Positions 1 through 9,694 of a stretch of 64,000 bases of DNA are shown piece by piece (position 1 is the first letter of the stretch; every line of letters begins with the position of its first letter). The stretch is from a virus. The translations under genes were made by a program, and so were the position numbers. Where the stretch lies: positions 32,001 to 96,000 of IMG/VR virus record IMGVR_UViG_3300045988_135716. One strand, given 5' to 3'. The notes beneath the pieces were generated by a model that made no database searches, was not told the DNA's origin, and worked only from the letters and a program-made list of their open reading frames with translations.

Positions 1-163
1 TTTCTGCAATTCTGGATTGTTTTTGATTATTTCCTCTTGACATAATGAAATCCGCATTGTTTAACCAACCACTATATCCTCTATGTAATTCTTCTCTGCT
101 TGGCATAGCATAATATTTGTTATAGCTGCATTCATGGTTTCTTCTGTTTTCTGTTTCTGTCAT
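1..163 (-). CDS. hypothetical protein (N-terminal part; ORF runs off window start)
   Basis: Minus-strand ATG at 163-161 preceded by AAAGGAG; open to window edge (MTETENRRNHECSYNKYY...). Confidence 0.4.
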   Translation of the reverse strand, partial: MTETENRRNHECSYNKYYAMPSREELHRGYSGWLNNADFIMSRGNNQKQSRIAE

Positions 164-301
164 ATTTAATGTTCTCCTTTGATTTAAAATTCATAATTGC
201 ATCACTCCTTTTTGTGATACTGGTTAATAGTTATATATGTATATTCTCTTTTTTATTTATTCAATCATGTGTATCATCAACGTCCTTTCTATCCGTCAAA
301 T

Positions 302-1462
302 TTATTTCACATCCTTACCTGTTAATTCTCCAAATGAATCTACATTATATACTTCTAGCATCTTTAAAATAGCCCATTCAATTTCTTGTTCATATCCTTC
401 TTTATTAAGTACATAGATATTTGGAACATTTTGTGGTGGCTTTTTAGGATCTGGTTGTATACTACCTACTTCTCTTTTTATCAAAAGAGGTTTTTGGTTT
501 TCACTAGAAGAAGTTAAACATTGAATACATTGATTTAATGTATCTTTTGAAATTGCCAATTCTTTTGCCATACTTTCCATGCTGCGAAAAAATGCTTCTG
601 GTTTAGATTTAGGATTACTTATTGTTTCTTCATTATTTTTATTTTTTGGACGAATAAAAATATAAGAATTGATGTAAAGGAATGCCATTAATATATTCTC
701 TTTGTTAATACTTGATTCACTCATCATTATGAAGTCAAGTTGCGAAGATGTAATTTTTGAAAATTTATCTGTTGCGTCAAAATTCTCTGGTATAATATCC
801 ATTTGAATACATTCATTATATCCAACACTATGAATATCAAAATCAGAAGTAATATTAATCATGTTACTTTCATGTAAAAACAATAAACATTTGATTATTT
901 CAAAAAATATTTTAGGTTTGTGTTTTGTTTGCTTATATTTACATAAATTGAATATCTCTGAAATCACAATATATGATTGATCTTCATAACTTCTATGTTT
1001 ATCAATTAAGATATATATAAGATAAAAAATTCTATGTAAATGATATTTCTTTTTAATGTCTACCTGAATAAAGCTATTTGGAACTCTGGCAAAATATTCT
1101 TTGTGTTTATTCTCAACATATGGATTGTTTATTGGAACAATATCATCAAAATCAAATTGAAACGCTATACCCAAATTAAAATTAGAATTATTATATCCTT
1201 TCAATACTGAATCATATTTTGATATATAAAACTTCTCTAAAGTTCTTGCTTCTTTGTAACTGATATTTTCTTTTATAATTTCATGTGAAAATCCATCATT
1301 CCATCCATATTTCTGAATATCTTTATAAAATTTTTTGTTTTCTCTATATCCATTACCATTACTCCATCTTTCTTTTTCTGCTTGTTGAGTAATCCCAATA
1401 TATTTTTTTCCATTAACTAAATTTGTATGTATATATACTTTGTAATTGTTTATAATATTCAC
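302..1462 (-). CDS. GIY-YIG-type nuclease (homing-endonuclease-like) with long unassigned C-terminal domain
   Basis: N-terminal ~90 aa follow the GIY-YIG layout (VYIHTNLVNGKKYIGIT...R...FSHEII...EARTLEKFYI...YN). Confidence 0.65.
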   Translation of the reverse strand: MNIINNYKVYIHTNLVNGKKYIGITQQAEKERWSNGNGYRENKKFYKDIQKYGWNDGFSHEIIKENISYKEARTLEKFYISKYDSVLKGYNNSNFNLGIAFQFDFDDIVPINNPYVENKHKEYFARVPNSFIQVDIKKKYHLHRIFYLIYILIDKHRSYEDQSYIVISEIFNLCKYKQTKHKPKIFFEIIKCLLFLHESNMINITSDFDIHSVGYNECIQMDIIPENFDATDKFSKITSSQLDFIMMSESSINKENILMAFLYINSYIFIRPKNKNNEETISNPKSKPEAFFRSMESMAKELAISKDTLNQCIQCLTSSSENQKPLLIKREVGSIQPDPKKPPQNVPNIYVLNKEGYEQEIEWAILKMLEVYNVDSFGELTGKDVK

Positions 1463-1674
1463 CTTCCTTTTGACTTGGGCATATTATGCGAGCGTTCAGT
1501 TTACAACACCTGGGTGCTGTATGATTTTCAATTTTAGAAATTAGACATCAACTGGATGTTCTAAACTGAACAGAAAGAAGATATACTACTTTTTAATAAG
1601 ACAGACAAAATATATTTTATTTATTCATTACATTCATAAATAAAATATATTTTAAAAACCACATCTTGTTTGTA

Positions 1675-1881
1675 TCATTGAGTTATTGAAATATCATCCT
1701 CATACATTCCATTTTGTATATTCTCTCTTTGCTGGATATAAGTCTTAATACATTTCTCAATCTCTGGTTTATCAACTTCTCTTAACAGAGAGCCGATAAT
1801 TGATAGTATTAGTAGATTCTCTGAATGAATTAAATCAGCATAATTGTAAATCTTGTTTAATTTCTTTTCTAAATCTGTCAT
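1675..1881 (-). CDS. hypothetical protein
   Basis: Intact ORF co-oriented with minus-strand module; no family recognised. Confidence 0.4.
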   Translation of the reverse strand: MTDLEKKLNKIYNYADLIHSENLLILSIIGSLLREVDKPEIEKCIKTYIQQRENIQNGMYEDDISITQ

Positions 1882-1886
1882 ATGTA

Positions 1887-2093
1887 TTATTTTTCTCTTC
1901 TTTCTTTTAAAATATCTTCACACACTTGAATAGCCATTATGAAATAGTCAGTGTTACATTTTGGATTTACTTTGCATTTCTTGAAATACGTTTTCCATTC
2001 CAGGATAGTATCAGTTGATTGGTTTGCTAAGTTTTTCAGTAATCTATTATATTTTGGGCTGTGATTTTCAATTGTAATGGTCTTAGTGGACAT
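1887..2093 (-). CDS. hypothetical protein
   Basis: Intact ORF, 5 nt from next minus-strand gene; no family recognised. Confidence 0.4.
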   Translation of the reverse strand: MSTKTITIENHSPKYNRLLKNLANQSTDTILEWKTYFKKCKVNPKCNTDYFIMAIQVCEDILKERREK

Positions 2094-2331
2094 TTATGTG
2101 TTTCTCCCTTCAAATTGATTTTTGGTATATTTTTTATAAAGGATAATTATTTTGTGTCAAAAATTGTTGACATTACAAGTTTCTCTTTATGAAGTACTAA
2201 ATCATATTTCTCCAAAAGATTATCTACTAACTGCTCAAACAATACTCTTACAGTTTTATCATGCTCTATTGCATCTAATGTGTAACAAGTTTCTAGTTTA
2301 TTCTCGTAGCAATAATCATCTACAATCTGGT

Positions 2332-3009
2332 TTAGCTCAATATCAGGATATATATCTGAAATTCTCTATATAGATTCTTATAGAGATCTTTCAGTTGGAT
2401 TTCAAAATATTCTGCTAATGCTTGATATTTAGGGAACATTTTTGATTGCCAATATGTAAATCTCTGTTTCTTTGATAATGCTTTTGGTATATTATTGTTT
2501 TCCAATGTAGATACTCTTGATTCTAATGAATCAAATTTACTATCAATCTTTTGTACAAGACTGGTTACACTCTGCGCTAAAGCTTGAATATCATCATTTC
2601 TTGCTTGTAATTTAGCAGTAGCAATTTTTAATCCTTGCTCACAAGCGATAAAATAATCTCTTGCTTGCTCATGTTTCTCAGTATTACCTGTCATTGAAAG
2701 TTTCTTTGCAAATTCTGATGTGAGTTTATAATCTGTCTTTGGTTTTGGATTTTTTGGTTTATCTCGTTCTTCTTGCATGATGAACGGGAAATAATCTTCA
2801 TTTTCAGTTACAAATTTATTATTTACGATATTTTTCTTACACCATCTAGCAAAATTACTTGGATTCAATTCTAAAAAAGCATATAATTTACTTGCTGTTG
2901 TCATTCCATCTTTATCAATCTGCAATGCAATCTCAATAGGTGTCTTATCAGATGTTGATGGTGTGATAGTAGTTGTTGTATTATTTTTGTCGTCTTTTAA
3001 TTTTCTCAT
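2332..3009 (-). CDS. AntA/AntB-like phage antirepressor
   Basis: TASKLYAFLELNPSNFARWCKKNIVNNKFVTENEDYF matches the AntA N-terminal pattern; coiled-coil C-terminus. Confidence 0.6.
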   Translation of the reverse strand: MRKLKDDKNNTTTTITPSTSDKTPIEIALQIDKDGMTTASKLYAFLELNPSNFARWCKKNIVNNKFVTENEDYFPFIMQEERDKPKNPKPKTDYKLTSEFAKKLSMTGNTEKHEQARDYFIACEQGLKIATAKLQARNDDIQALAQSVTSLVQKIDSKFDSLESRVSTLENNNIPKALSKKQRFTYWQSKMFPKYQALAEYFEIQLKDLYKNLYREFQIYILILS

Positions 3010-3028
3010 AGTAATTGATCTCCTTTAT

Positions 3029-3545
3029 TTATTTGTGAAATTTCTTATTTGTGTTGTTTCTATCGGCAATAAGTTTTAAGCAGCTCATTTCTTTCTGATT
3101 ATTACTTCTCTGTTTAGTAATAATATTTTGTGTTGTATATGAATTAAATATCTTCTTACAAATCTTTGCTTTATATAAATTCTCTATATCAGATTTATAA
3201 TTTTGTACTGTGTATTCTGGTGAATATGGATCATATGAAAATTGACTCTTTTCTGAATTTAATATTAGCTTTAGGAAATAACATAACTCTCTGATTGATT
3301 TACCGTTTCCTCTTGAGAGATGGTAGTATGATTGTGGTGTTATTTCTGATATGTATATTCTCTTATCGGCAAGATATTTATTTGTTATGGATTTGATTTT
3401 GTTTAATGTTGCCGATGAAAAATTCCATTTGTATATTGTAAGTGGTTGAAATATATTTGAAGTAATTAATAAGATTGATAGGATATAATCTTGTGCCATT
3501 AAAATATTTAGTCAAATATTCATTACTGTTAATTTTATTATTCAT
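3029..3545 (-). CDS. hypothetical protein, apparently frame-disrupted (55-codon ORF 3545-3378 with strong SD, then 156-codon ORF 3499-3029 lacking SD)
   Basis: AAGGAG 8 nt before ATG at 3545; that frame stops at 3380-3378 in an A-rich run while the overlapping frame continues to 3029. Confidence 0.4.
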
Positions 3546-6212
3546 TTGTGTAATCTCCTTTTTATTTTAATGATTTTTGATAATTATTATTTCTCTCTTT
3601 GCGGATTGAAATATTTAGTTTGCATGTTACTGGTTGTAGATTCTCTATTTGAAACAAAGATGATCTATTTTTGCTGGTGAAAATTTGAGGTTAGGTGGGA
3701 TATGAGAGTAGTGATTTTTGTGAATGTAAAAGTACCCCCACTTATCTTTCTATCTAATATTCTCTATTTGAGATTCTGCTTGAGATATTTGTTGTAGATT
3801 ATATGATGTAGATTTAATTTGAAAATTGTAACGTGCAAATGCTAAGTTGCTCAAGTGATGGTATTTGTGATGTTTATTCTAAGTTGTACATTAGAATAGT
3901 GAGCATAGAATTGATTTTAGAGTTGTAGATGATATGTGATTGATATGAAATTGAAATGATTGTATCTTGAAGTGTAACTTTAGCATTTCAAGATTTTTTA
4001 TAATGTATTTTTGAGTAAATTTTTGTGATTAGAATTGTGTGAAAGTTTGACACAATTTAGAGAGGTATTTCCTGATGATGTGAGATTATGGACTTCGAGA
4101 TAGGTGTTTTGGGTGATAATTTTGATTGAGATGGGAGAGTGATGTGTACTTTTAATAGGAAATGATTGCTGCGTTTTAGGTAGATGTGGCAAGGGAATAT
4201 GGGATATTGCAGGATGATAAAATTAAATTAAGTTTATGATCTTGAGATATATAATTAGGTATCACTTCGAGAAGACTTCGTAAATTGTTAGATTTTGCAA
4301 GGGATATTGTGATTTGGAGTAGGTAATTTTGGGTGAAAATTGGTGATTTAGAATTGTCAGAAAATTTATTTTGCGTTGATATGCAAGGGTGCGGTCGAAC
4401 TCAGTCTCGAACTCATTTTGATTATTTTGGTGAATTGTGTGTAGGTTTAGTGCAATTTGTGAGGTGGTATGAGGGTGAGAAATTTTTTGTTGCTGGTGGT
4501 GAGTGTAGAGTGATGGATTACCAGTTTTGATTTTTGGACGAGTAGTGTGAGTTGAACTCATCAGTGGATATGACAATATCATATTAAAATTACAAATGTA
4601 AACTATCCCCGTCCTACTGGTATACATTATAAAACAGGATCATAAAATCGGATTAAAATAGTGTAATATGCAATTCCCGAAAAGCCTTGCTATTGTTGAA
4701 TAAAACTAACTTTTGCACTTTTGTGGGAAGTGTAAAAAAGTCAAGTTTTGTTATTATTTGACATTTTTACTCCGGTCAAAAACATGGGGGTGGTACAGGA
4801 TATAAAAGTTAGTATGATAAAACTAAAATTTTATCGGGTATTCTGGATATGAGATCACGGGACGGTAGACTTTAATTGTATAGACAATTATAAATATTAT
4901 TATAGTATACTCGAAAAAAGGAAAAGTGAGAAAATGAAAGAAAACAAGAGAAAATGAGCGAAAAAACGTGAATAAATGACTATCGGTCAATTCTGTTCGT
5001 TATGTTGGATTTCCAACAAAAAATTTGATTACAAGATTGTAACACAAAATCATAACACAAACTTATATCACCACTTGCACCACAAAAACGTAACAAAATA
5101 GACTAATACACTCCACTTTATACCCAAAAACAGCGGTAAAAATGGGATAGCGCACCACTACAAAATAATACATAAATGTAACACAAAAATTGTATCACAC
5201 TCATATAACACAAAAATCTGGACGAAATAAAACCATCTGGACGCACAACAGTAGACTCTACCAGATAGCAAGATCACACCCCAAACCATCCCCCAAAATA
5301 CAATATAAAATCATATTAACATAACACAATATACTCATACAATAACATCAAATAACCATACATAAACTCACAATAATATACAATATAATATACATTATAT
5401 ATCACATAATACATCACATATAACTTACAATATACATCTATCTATATTCAACTATATACCTACAATATACCACATAATATTACTATTATAATACCTCTGA
5501 TATATCATACAATATACTACAATACATACTCATACAATCAACCATAATGCCACATAATATAACGCATAATATACTCACACTAACCACACCACATTATACA
5601 ATCTGCATCCTATAAAACCATTGCAAATACTACATTCTAACACCATCCAGGGATTAAAATATAACATCAGATCACGATAAAATTATCTTAAAACAGGACG
5701 CAAAACACCACATAAAAACAGATAAAATTATACTCCAAACAAGATAAAAACCACACGCCAAACAGATAAAAATACCTCACATTTCAATCATAAATCAGAC
5801 AAAATACTCACACTTTACCGCAATATTTTACCCATTCGCACACAAAAAACAACGCTATTCTATACAAAATTTTGCATAAAAATACATCAATCAAACTGTA
5901 TAAATATACAATATTCTTGCATAAAATAGCGCACATTTTGACGTAAAAATACACCTAAAAACATATTAAAATGATACAAAAATATCATCATGCTGCACGT
6001 TTCAAACAGTCCAGATATACGATTGTAAATATATCATACTTACAAAATGACCTTGTAAAACGCTCTATAAACGACTTTAAGCGCATAACCCTATATAATT
6101 ATCATATCTAATATAAAAGCCCTTAAAACGTCAAATACACGCTTATAAGGCTATCTGTACATTTTGAACATGATAACAATAGGTTGTTTGTGTTACTTCC
6201 TATTATATGTGG
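3546..6212. other. 2.7-kb ORF-free region with mirrored strand composition (C-poor arm ~3600-4560, mixed core ~4620-4990, G-poor arm ~5040-6000)
   Basis: Hand counts: 69 C in 3601-4560 (about 7%); 56 G in 5041-6000 (about 6%); no G at all 5273-5498; only low-complexity ORFs. Confidence 0.8.
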
Positions 6213-6692
6213 CTAATACAACTGTTTTATCTTTGACAACATAGTATCTATATAACTATCTAATTCATTGTAATTTCTTCCATACCATAATAAATGTGCA
6301 ACAAAATCTATTTCTATATCTGCACATCTTCCGTTATTTAAGGCGTTGTATATATCTTCTTTATTGACTCTATATCTTCCATTTGATAACTTTTGATTAT
6401 ACTGTATATTATTATATCTAAGCATATCTAAACATCTTGACACGTTACCAGATACAATAAAAAATTTATATATTATATCTGTTATGCTGTCAGTGTCAGT
6501 TATAAATAAACATTTCCTTATTATATGGCGTATATACTCTATAAATAAATCATCATATAAATAATGTATATTTCCATTATCAAACAACTTTAAAGCATCA
6601 TAATAGTTTATGTCTCTTAAATGTTCTATGTGCTCTTTTGTTATTTTATCGTCTATCATATATTTATTTATAACCTTTTCTGTCAAGATCAT
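6213..6692 (-). CDS. hypothetical protein (downstream partner of RHH gene)
   Basis: 159-aa ORF overlapping the upstream RHH gene by 29 nt; no family recognised. Confidence 0.5.
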   Translation of the reverse strand: MILTEKVINKYMIDDKITKEHIEHLRDINYYDALKLFDNGNIHYLYDDLFIEYIRHIIRKCLFITDTDSITDIIYKFFIVSGNVSRCLDMLRYNNIQYNQKLSNGRYRVNKEDIYNALNNGRCADIEIDFVAHLLWYGRNYNELDSYIDTMLSKIKQLY

Positions 6693-6852
6693 CCTGTATT
6701 AGCTTCTTGATATATACGCTCATTGGTATGTTATTATCTTTTGCATACCGTTTCATTCTTGCACATTCTTCCGTTTCTTCTGGTGTATATTTAAGTTTTA
6801 CAACTGTACATCTATCATTATAATCTTTTTGTGATTTTGGGCTATATGCCAT
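6664..6852 (-). CDS. ribbon-helix-helix (CopG/Arc-like) DNA-binding protein
   Basis: 62 aa; beta-strand then two helices pattern (CTVVKLKYTPEETEECARMKRYAKDNNIPMSVYIKKLI); paralog of 26390-26575; sits next to palindromic operators. Confidence 0.6.
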   Translation of the reverse strand: MAYSPKSQKDYNDRCTVVKLKYTPEETEECARMKRYAKDNNIPMSVYIKKLIQDDLDRKGYK

Positions 6853-6924
6853 AATTCTTACACCTTTCTTTATTTATTATATGTAATAATTCTCTTTTTC
6901 TTTTTGGTGTAAGAGTAGTATTAC

Positions 6925-6953
6925 ATATTAACATTATAGCTTTATCCTGTCAA
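6925..6953 (-). promoter_or_regulatory. candidate leftward sigma-A-type promoter
   Basis: Minus strand TTGACA (6953-6948), 17 nt, TAATAT (6930-6925), upstream of RHH gene. Confidence 0.45.
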
Positions 6954-6985
6954 CTTTTCTATTGACATTTGTGTATATTGTACTA

Positions 6986-7075
6986 ATAGGGTACCCTATG
7001 CAAATATGTAAATTATACACAATTCACAAACATAAAAAATCATAGGGTAACCTATTGACTAATAGGGTACCCTAT
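6986..7075. promoter_or_regulatory. three copies of a 14-bp palindromic operator ATAGGGTACCCTAT
   Basis: Perfect copies at 6986-6999 and 7062-7075; one-mismatch copy at 7042-7055; located between divergent promoters. Confidence 0.7.
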
Positions 7076-7083
7076 GGTATAGT
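7055..7083 (+). promoter_or_regulatory. candidate rightward sigma-A-type promoter
   Basis: TTGACT (7055-7060), 17 nt (spacer is the operator copy), TATAGT (7078-7083). Confidence 0.6.
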
Positions 7084-7158
7084 AATACCATCAACAGAGG
7101 GGCAGAGATAAAATCAAAGTTCTAAAGTTGATAAAACTAAATAAAGGAGGTGACTCCA

Positions 7159-7266
7159 ATGACATATCCAATCGGATATCGTGGTCACTGTTTTCTTGCA
7201 ATAGTCAATGGCAAGTTGATGCAATTTGCAAGTGATACAGAATACTACGAATACATAACGGATTAA
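7159..7266 (+). CDS. 35-aa micro-ORF (MTYPIGYRGHCFLAIVNGKLMQFASDTEYYEYITD)
   Basis: AAAGGAGG 7 nt upstream of ATG; first ORF after rightward promoter. Confidence 0.5.
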   Translation: MTYPIGYRGHCFLAIVNGKLMQFASDTEYYEYITD

Positions 7267-8046
7267 TCATTGATGAGGGCATAGCCACAAGGCTTATAAG
7301 TCCCTCAAAATCACTTCCTTAAATGGTATTATACCATATTTAGTTTTTAACTACAAGTTAATCTAATAAGTCCCAAACAAGATTGAAACGGGCACACACT
7401 GAACCTTGCAGTTGAATAAAGGGTTGACTACTCGACAGCGAAAACTGTTATATGAGAGTCCTGGGTATCTGCCTCGAAAGAGATATTAGCGCATTCTGAA
7501 TTGCTGAAAGTATAGTAACAAAATCAGACGTTTGTAGAAAAGGTTTTTAACGTGAAAAAACTTGACCGTCAATGTGATCAACAGGGAATCACACAAAAAT
7601 AATAAGTTAGGGACGGGATAATAAATCAGAATTTAGTTTTACATAAAAGCAACTTATTAACAATAACATACTTGTAATAAGTGGCAAGTTACTTTTTTAC
7701 GGAATATCTAAAGCAACAAAAAATGGAGTCAAAACCATTTCAAAAAAAGAATGTGATGACCAAACTAAATAGTGGACGGTTTGTCTGGTATGAGTACCAC
7801 TTTAAAAGATAGGAAATCAGTCAAAAGCATGAGACAGCTTAATCATTCAAAAAATACGGTTGTCCGTATCCGATCAAAAAACGGGGAAAGATGCAAAACA
7901 AAGACCTAAGATTTGTTTAGACTGAAATAGTTTACTTGTTATCTATCAATGATACATAAAAATAAGTCGTTATCATAAAACGTTAAAAGCGTTCTGATTT
8001 ACGAAAAATCATTGCAAGCGGTTAATCATTAATCACTTGCTTTTTT
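7267..8046 (+). ncRNA. candidate large structured non-coding RNA / long structured 3' UTR
   Basis: About 780 nt with no credible ORF in any frame in an otherwise gap-free genome; visibly higher GC than flanks; many local hairpins (7274-7307, 7435-7448, 7473-7482 CTC-GAAA-GAG, 7652-7682, 7854-7869); ends at a terminator. Confidence 0.4.
8014..8046 (+). terminator. rho-independent terminator
   Basis: GCAAG...CTTGC stem with inner TTAAT/ATTAA pairing followed by TTTTTT. Confidence 0.55.
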
Positions 8047-8224
8047 GTTTTACTTAGGTTGCAAGGCATTATCAACAAGCAAAGTTATTTGAAAGACGGG
8101 CAAAAGCGTAAGACCCGTGGCGGTGAGTAGTAGTCAAGTATAAATAATTTCTAATGTTGAATTATAATGGCTTGCAAAAATGAGAACAAAAAGAGAATAC
8201 ATAAACATACAGGAGGGAAATACG

Positions 8225-8551
8225 ATGACAACATATGTAGACGTAATTGCAAGAAAAGATACTATCACAATTGATGGTTATACATCAAACAAAACAGAAC
8301 GTGGCATTATTAAAGATGTTGCAAGAGTAGTTTCAAAATACGATCAGAGTGAAGCCAACACTCTTCTTGATTACTTAAAAATGGGGTTGAACAAGTACAA
8401 TACTCCATTTGCTAAAGCATCTGAAAGTGAAGGCGGTTATTTCTTTGAATATGAAGAAGTGCCATGTGCTACAAGATACAATGAAGAAACTGACGAGATG
8501 AAATATAAAGAAGGTTATTACAACTACTTTTGTATTAGAATTGTTAAATAA
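8225..8551 (+). CDS. hypothetical protein
   Basis: ORF; AGGAGGG SD before ATG 8225 (upstream in-frame ATG 8180 has no SD). Confidence 0.5.
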   Translation: MTTYVDVIARKDTITIDGYTSNKTERGIIKDVARVVSKYDQSEANTLLDYLKMGLNKYNTPFAKASESEGGYFFEYEEVPCATRYNEETDEMKYKEGYYNYFCIRIVK

Positions 8552-8568
8552 ACAGGAGGTCAAAAGCT

Positions 8569-8772
8569 ATGCCAAAAGTTAAAATTACAGCTCATACATA
8601 TGTATGTGAGTTGCCCGAAACAATTCAGTCACAGATTTTCCAGGAGTGTGAAGCTACATTTAAAAGCCTTGCATTTCCTGTAGATATCAATGAGCAACTT
8701 GAAAACGTAAAAGGTTGCAAGATGTGTGATCTTGAAGATACGATAAACGTACAGAAATATTACACAAAATGA
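8569..8772 (+). CDS. hypothetical protein
   Basis: ORF with AGGAGG SD; plus-strand gene train. Confidence 0.5.
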   Translation: MPKVKITAHTYVCELPETIQSQIFQECEATFKSLAFPVDINEQLENVKGCKMCDLEDTINVQKYYTK

Positions 8773-8798
8773 AATCCATGTTTTAAGGAGGTTTTACA

Positions 8799-9008
8799 AT
8801 GAAAGAATGGCATATTATCCATGAATGTGATACAGAGAACGGAATACCAACGCAATGGGCAAAAGAGATTGACCATCCTAAATATGGTCGGTATGTATGG
8901 ATTGAACTTACATATAATAACACTTATGACGTAGTTGCAAATGATACAGTTTTAAAGAATTGTAAATCACTTGCAAGTGCGAAACGTTGGGTATCAACAA
9001 ATTTATAG
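8799..9008 (+). CDS. hypothetical protein
   Basis: ORF with AAGGAGG SD. Confidence 0.5.
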   Translation: MKEWHIIHECDTENGIPTQWAKEIDHPKYGRYVWIELTYNNTYDVVANDTVLKNCKSLASAKRWVSTNL

Positions 9009-9020
9009 GCAGTAACATAG

Positions 9021-9051
9021 CACACAAGTAAATGACGCTTGTGTGTTTTTT
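9021..9051 (+). terminator. rho-independent terminator
   Basis: CACACAAG / CTTGTGTG 8-bp stem followed by TTTTTT. Confidence 0.7.
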
Positions 9052-9092
9052 AGTACCTATAAACAGAGAACTATAGAAGGGAAGGTGCAACA

Positions 9093-9242
9093 ATGTTCAA
9101 AAAGTTATTCCGTCGTAATTCATATACGACAGCTATCAAGAAAGACATTACCGACATTAAAGCAATGTCAAAACAGTATGAGGAAACACGTAAACAGGTT
9201 TTAAAGAACGTTGAAACAATCAACGCTTTAATGGGGAGGTGA
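9093..9242 (+). CDS. hypothetical 49-aa protein
   Basis: ATG after GGGAAGG SD; fills gap between terminator and next gene. Confidence 0.4.
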   Translation: MFKKLFRRNSYTTAIKKDITDIKAMSKQYEETRKQVLKNVETINALMGR

Positions 9243-9246
9243 AAAC

Positions 9247-9687
9247 ATGGAGTTTACAACACTTGCAAAAATGAAAAAGTCTTTTCCGTGGTGTAAAACA
9301 TCAGACGGAAAACAGACTGTACTTTTCGATCTGTCGGATTTAGACAGAACATGGTTCAAAGAATCTGTTATCAATCAGATCATGCCATCCTTAGAAAAGT
9401 ATATAGGAATAAACAGCATAGAGGAATTTGTTTTTGCGATTCCTGTTAGTACAGATAATGCAGAACTGTCGATAGACATTGAATTTAACAGAACGCACGT
9501 ATATAGCGAAAAAACAGGAAAGAAACTTTATACATTGAAAAGTGTATCGGGTTTCCGTATTGCGGAATACAAGCGTAACATTTACGGAGTTGTGCCTTAT
9601 AACTCTATTCCAGTTAGCGTTATTACATATGGAACGTTGGATAATCCTAAATGGATTAAAGCATATAACAGGGACGTGGAAATTTAA
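9247..9687 (+). CDS. hypothetical protein
   Basis: ORF with GGGGAGG SD. Confidence 0.5.
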   Translation: MEFTTLAKMKKSFPWCKTSDGKQTVLFDLSDLDRTWFKESVINQIMPSLEKYIGINSIEEFVFAIPVSTDNAELSIDIEFNRTHVYSEKTGKKLYTLKSVSGFRIAEYKRNIYGVVPYNSIPVSVITYGTLDNPKWIKAYNRDVEI

Positions 9688-9694
9688 TCAAGAG

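Noticed and set aside
3998-4627. Track ORFs 3998-4192(-), 4262-4627(-) and 4333-4530(+) inside the skewed non-coding tract.
   Set aside because: Their translations are low-complexity (His/Thr/Gln/Asn-rich or Gly/Val/Phe-rich), as expected from C-poor or G-poor DNA. They have no SD sequences and no family resemblance.
3600-6000. The hypothesis that the C-poor and G-poor arms form a true inverted repeat (ITR-like, or a giant hairpin).
   Set aside because: I spot-checked reverse complements of several distinctive 8-10-mers from each arm and found no convincing matches. Only the composition is mirrored. A dot-plot is needed for a definitive answer.
7424-8137. Long-range 9-bp complementarity (TTGACTACT at 7424-7432 with AGTAGTCAA at 8129-8137) that might close a ~700-nt RNA domain.
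   Set aside because: A 9-mer match within about 900 nt is expected by chance roughly once. The 3' partner also lies beyond the predicted terminator, so this is not used as evidence.
4620-8179. tRNA, tmRNA or other classical small RNA genes in the ORF-free regions.
   Set aside because: I could not find T-arm (GGTTCGAATCC-like) or cloverleaf-compatible segments by eye. tRNAscan or ARAGORN should still be run.
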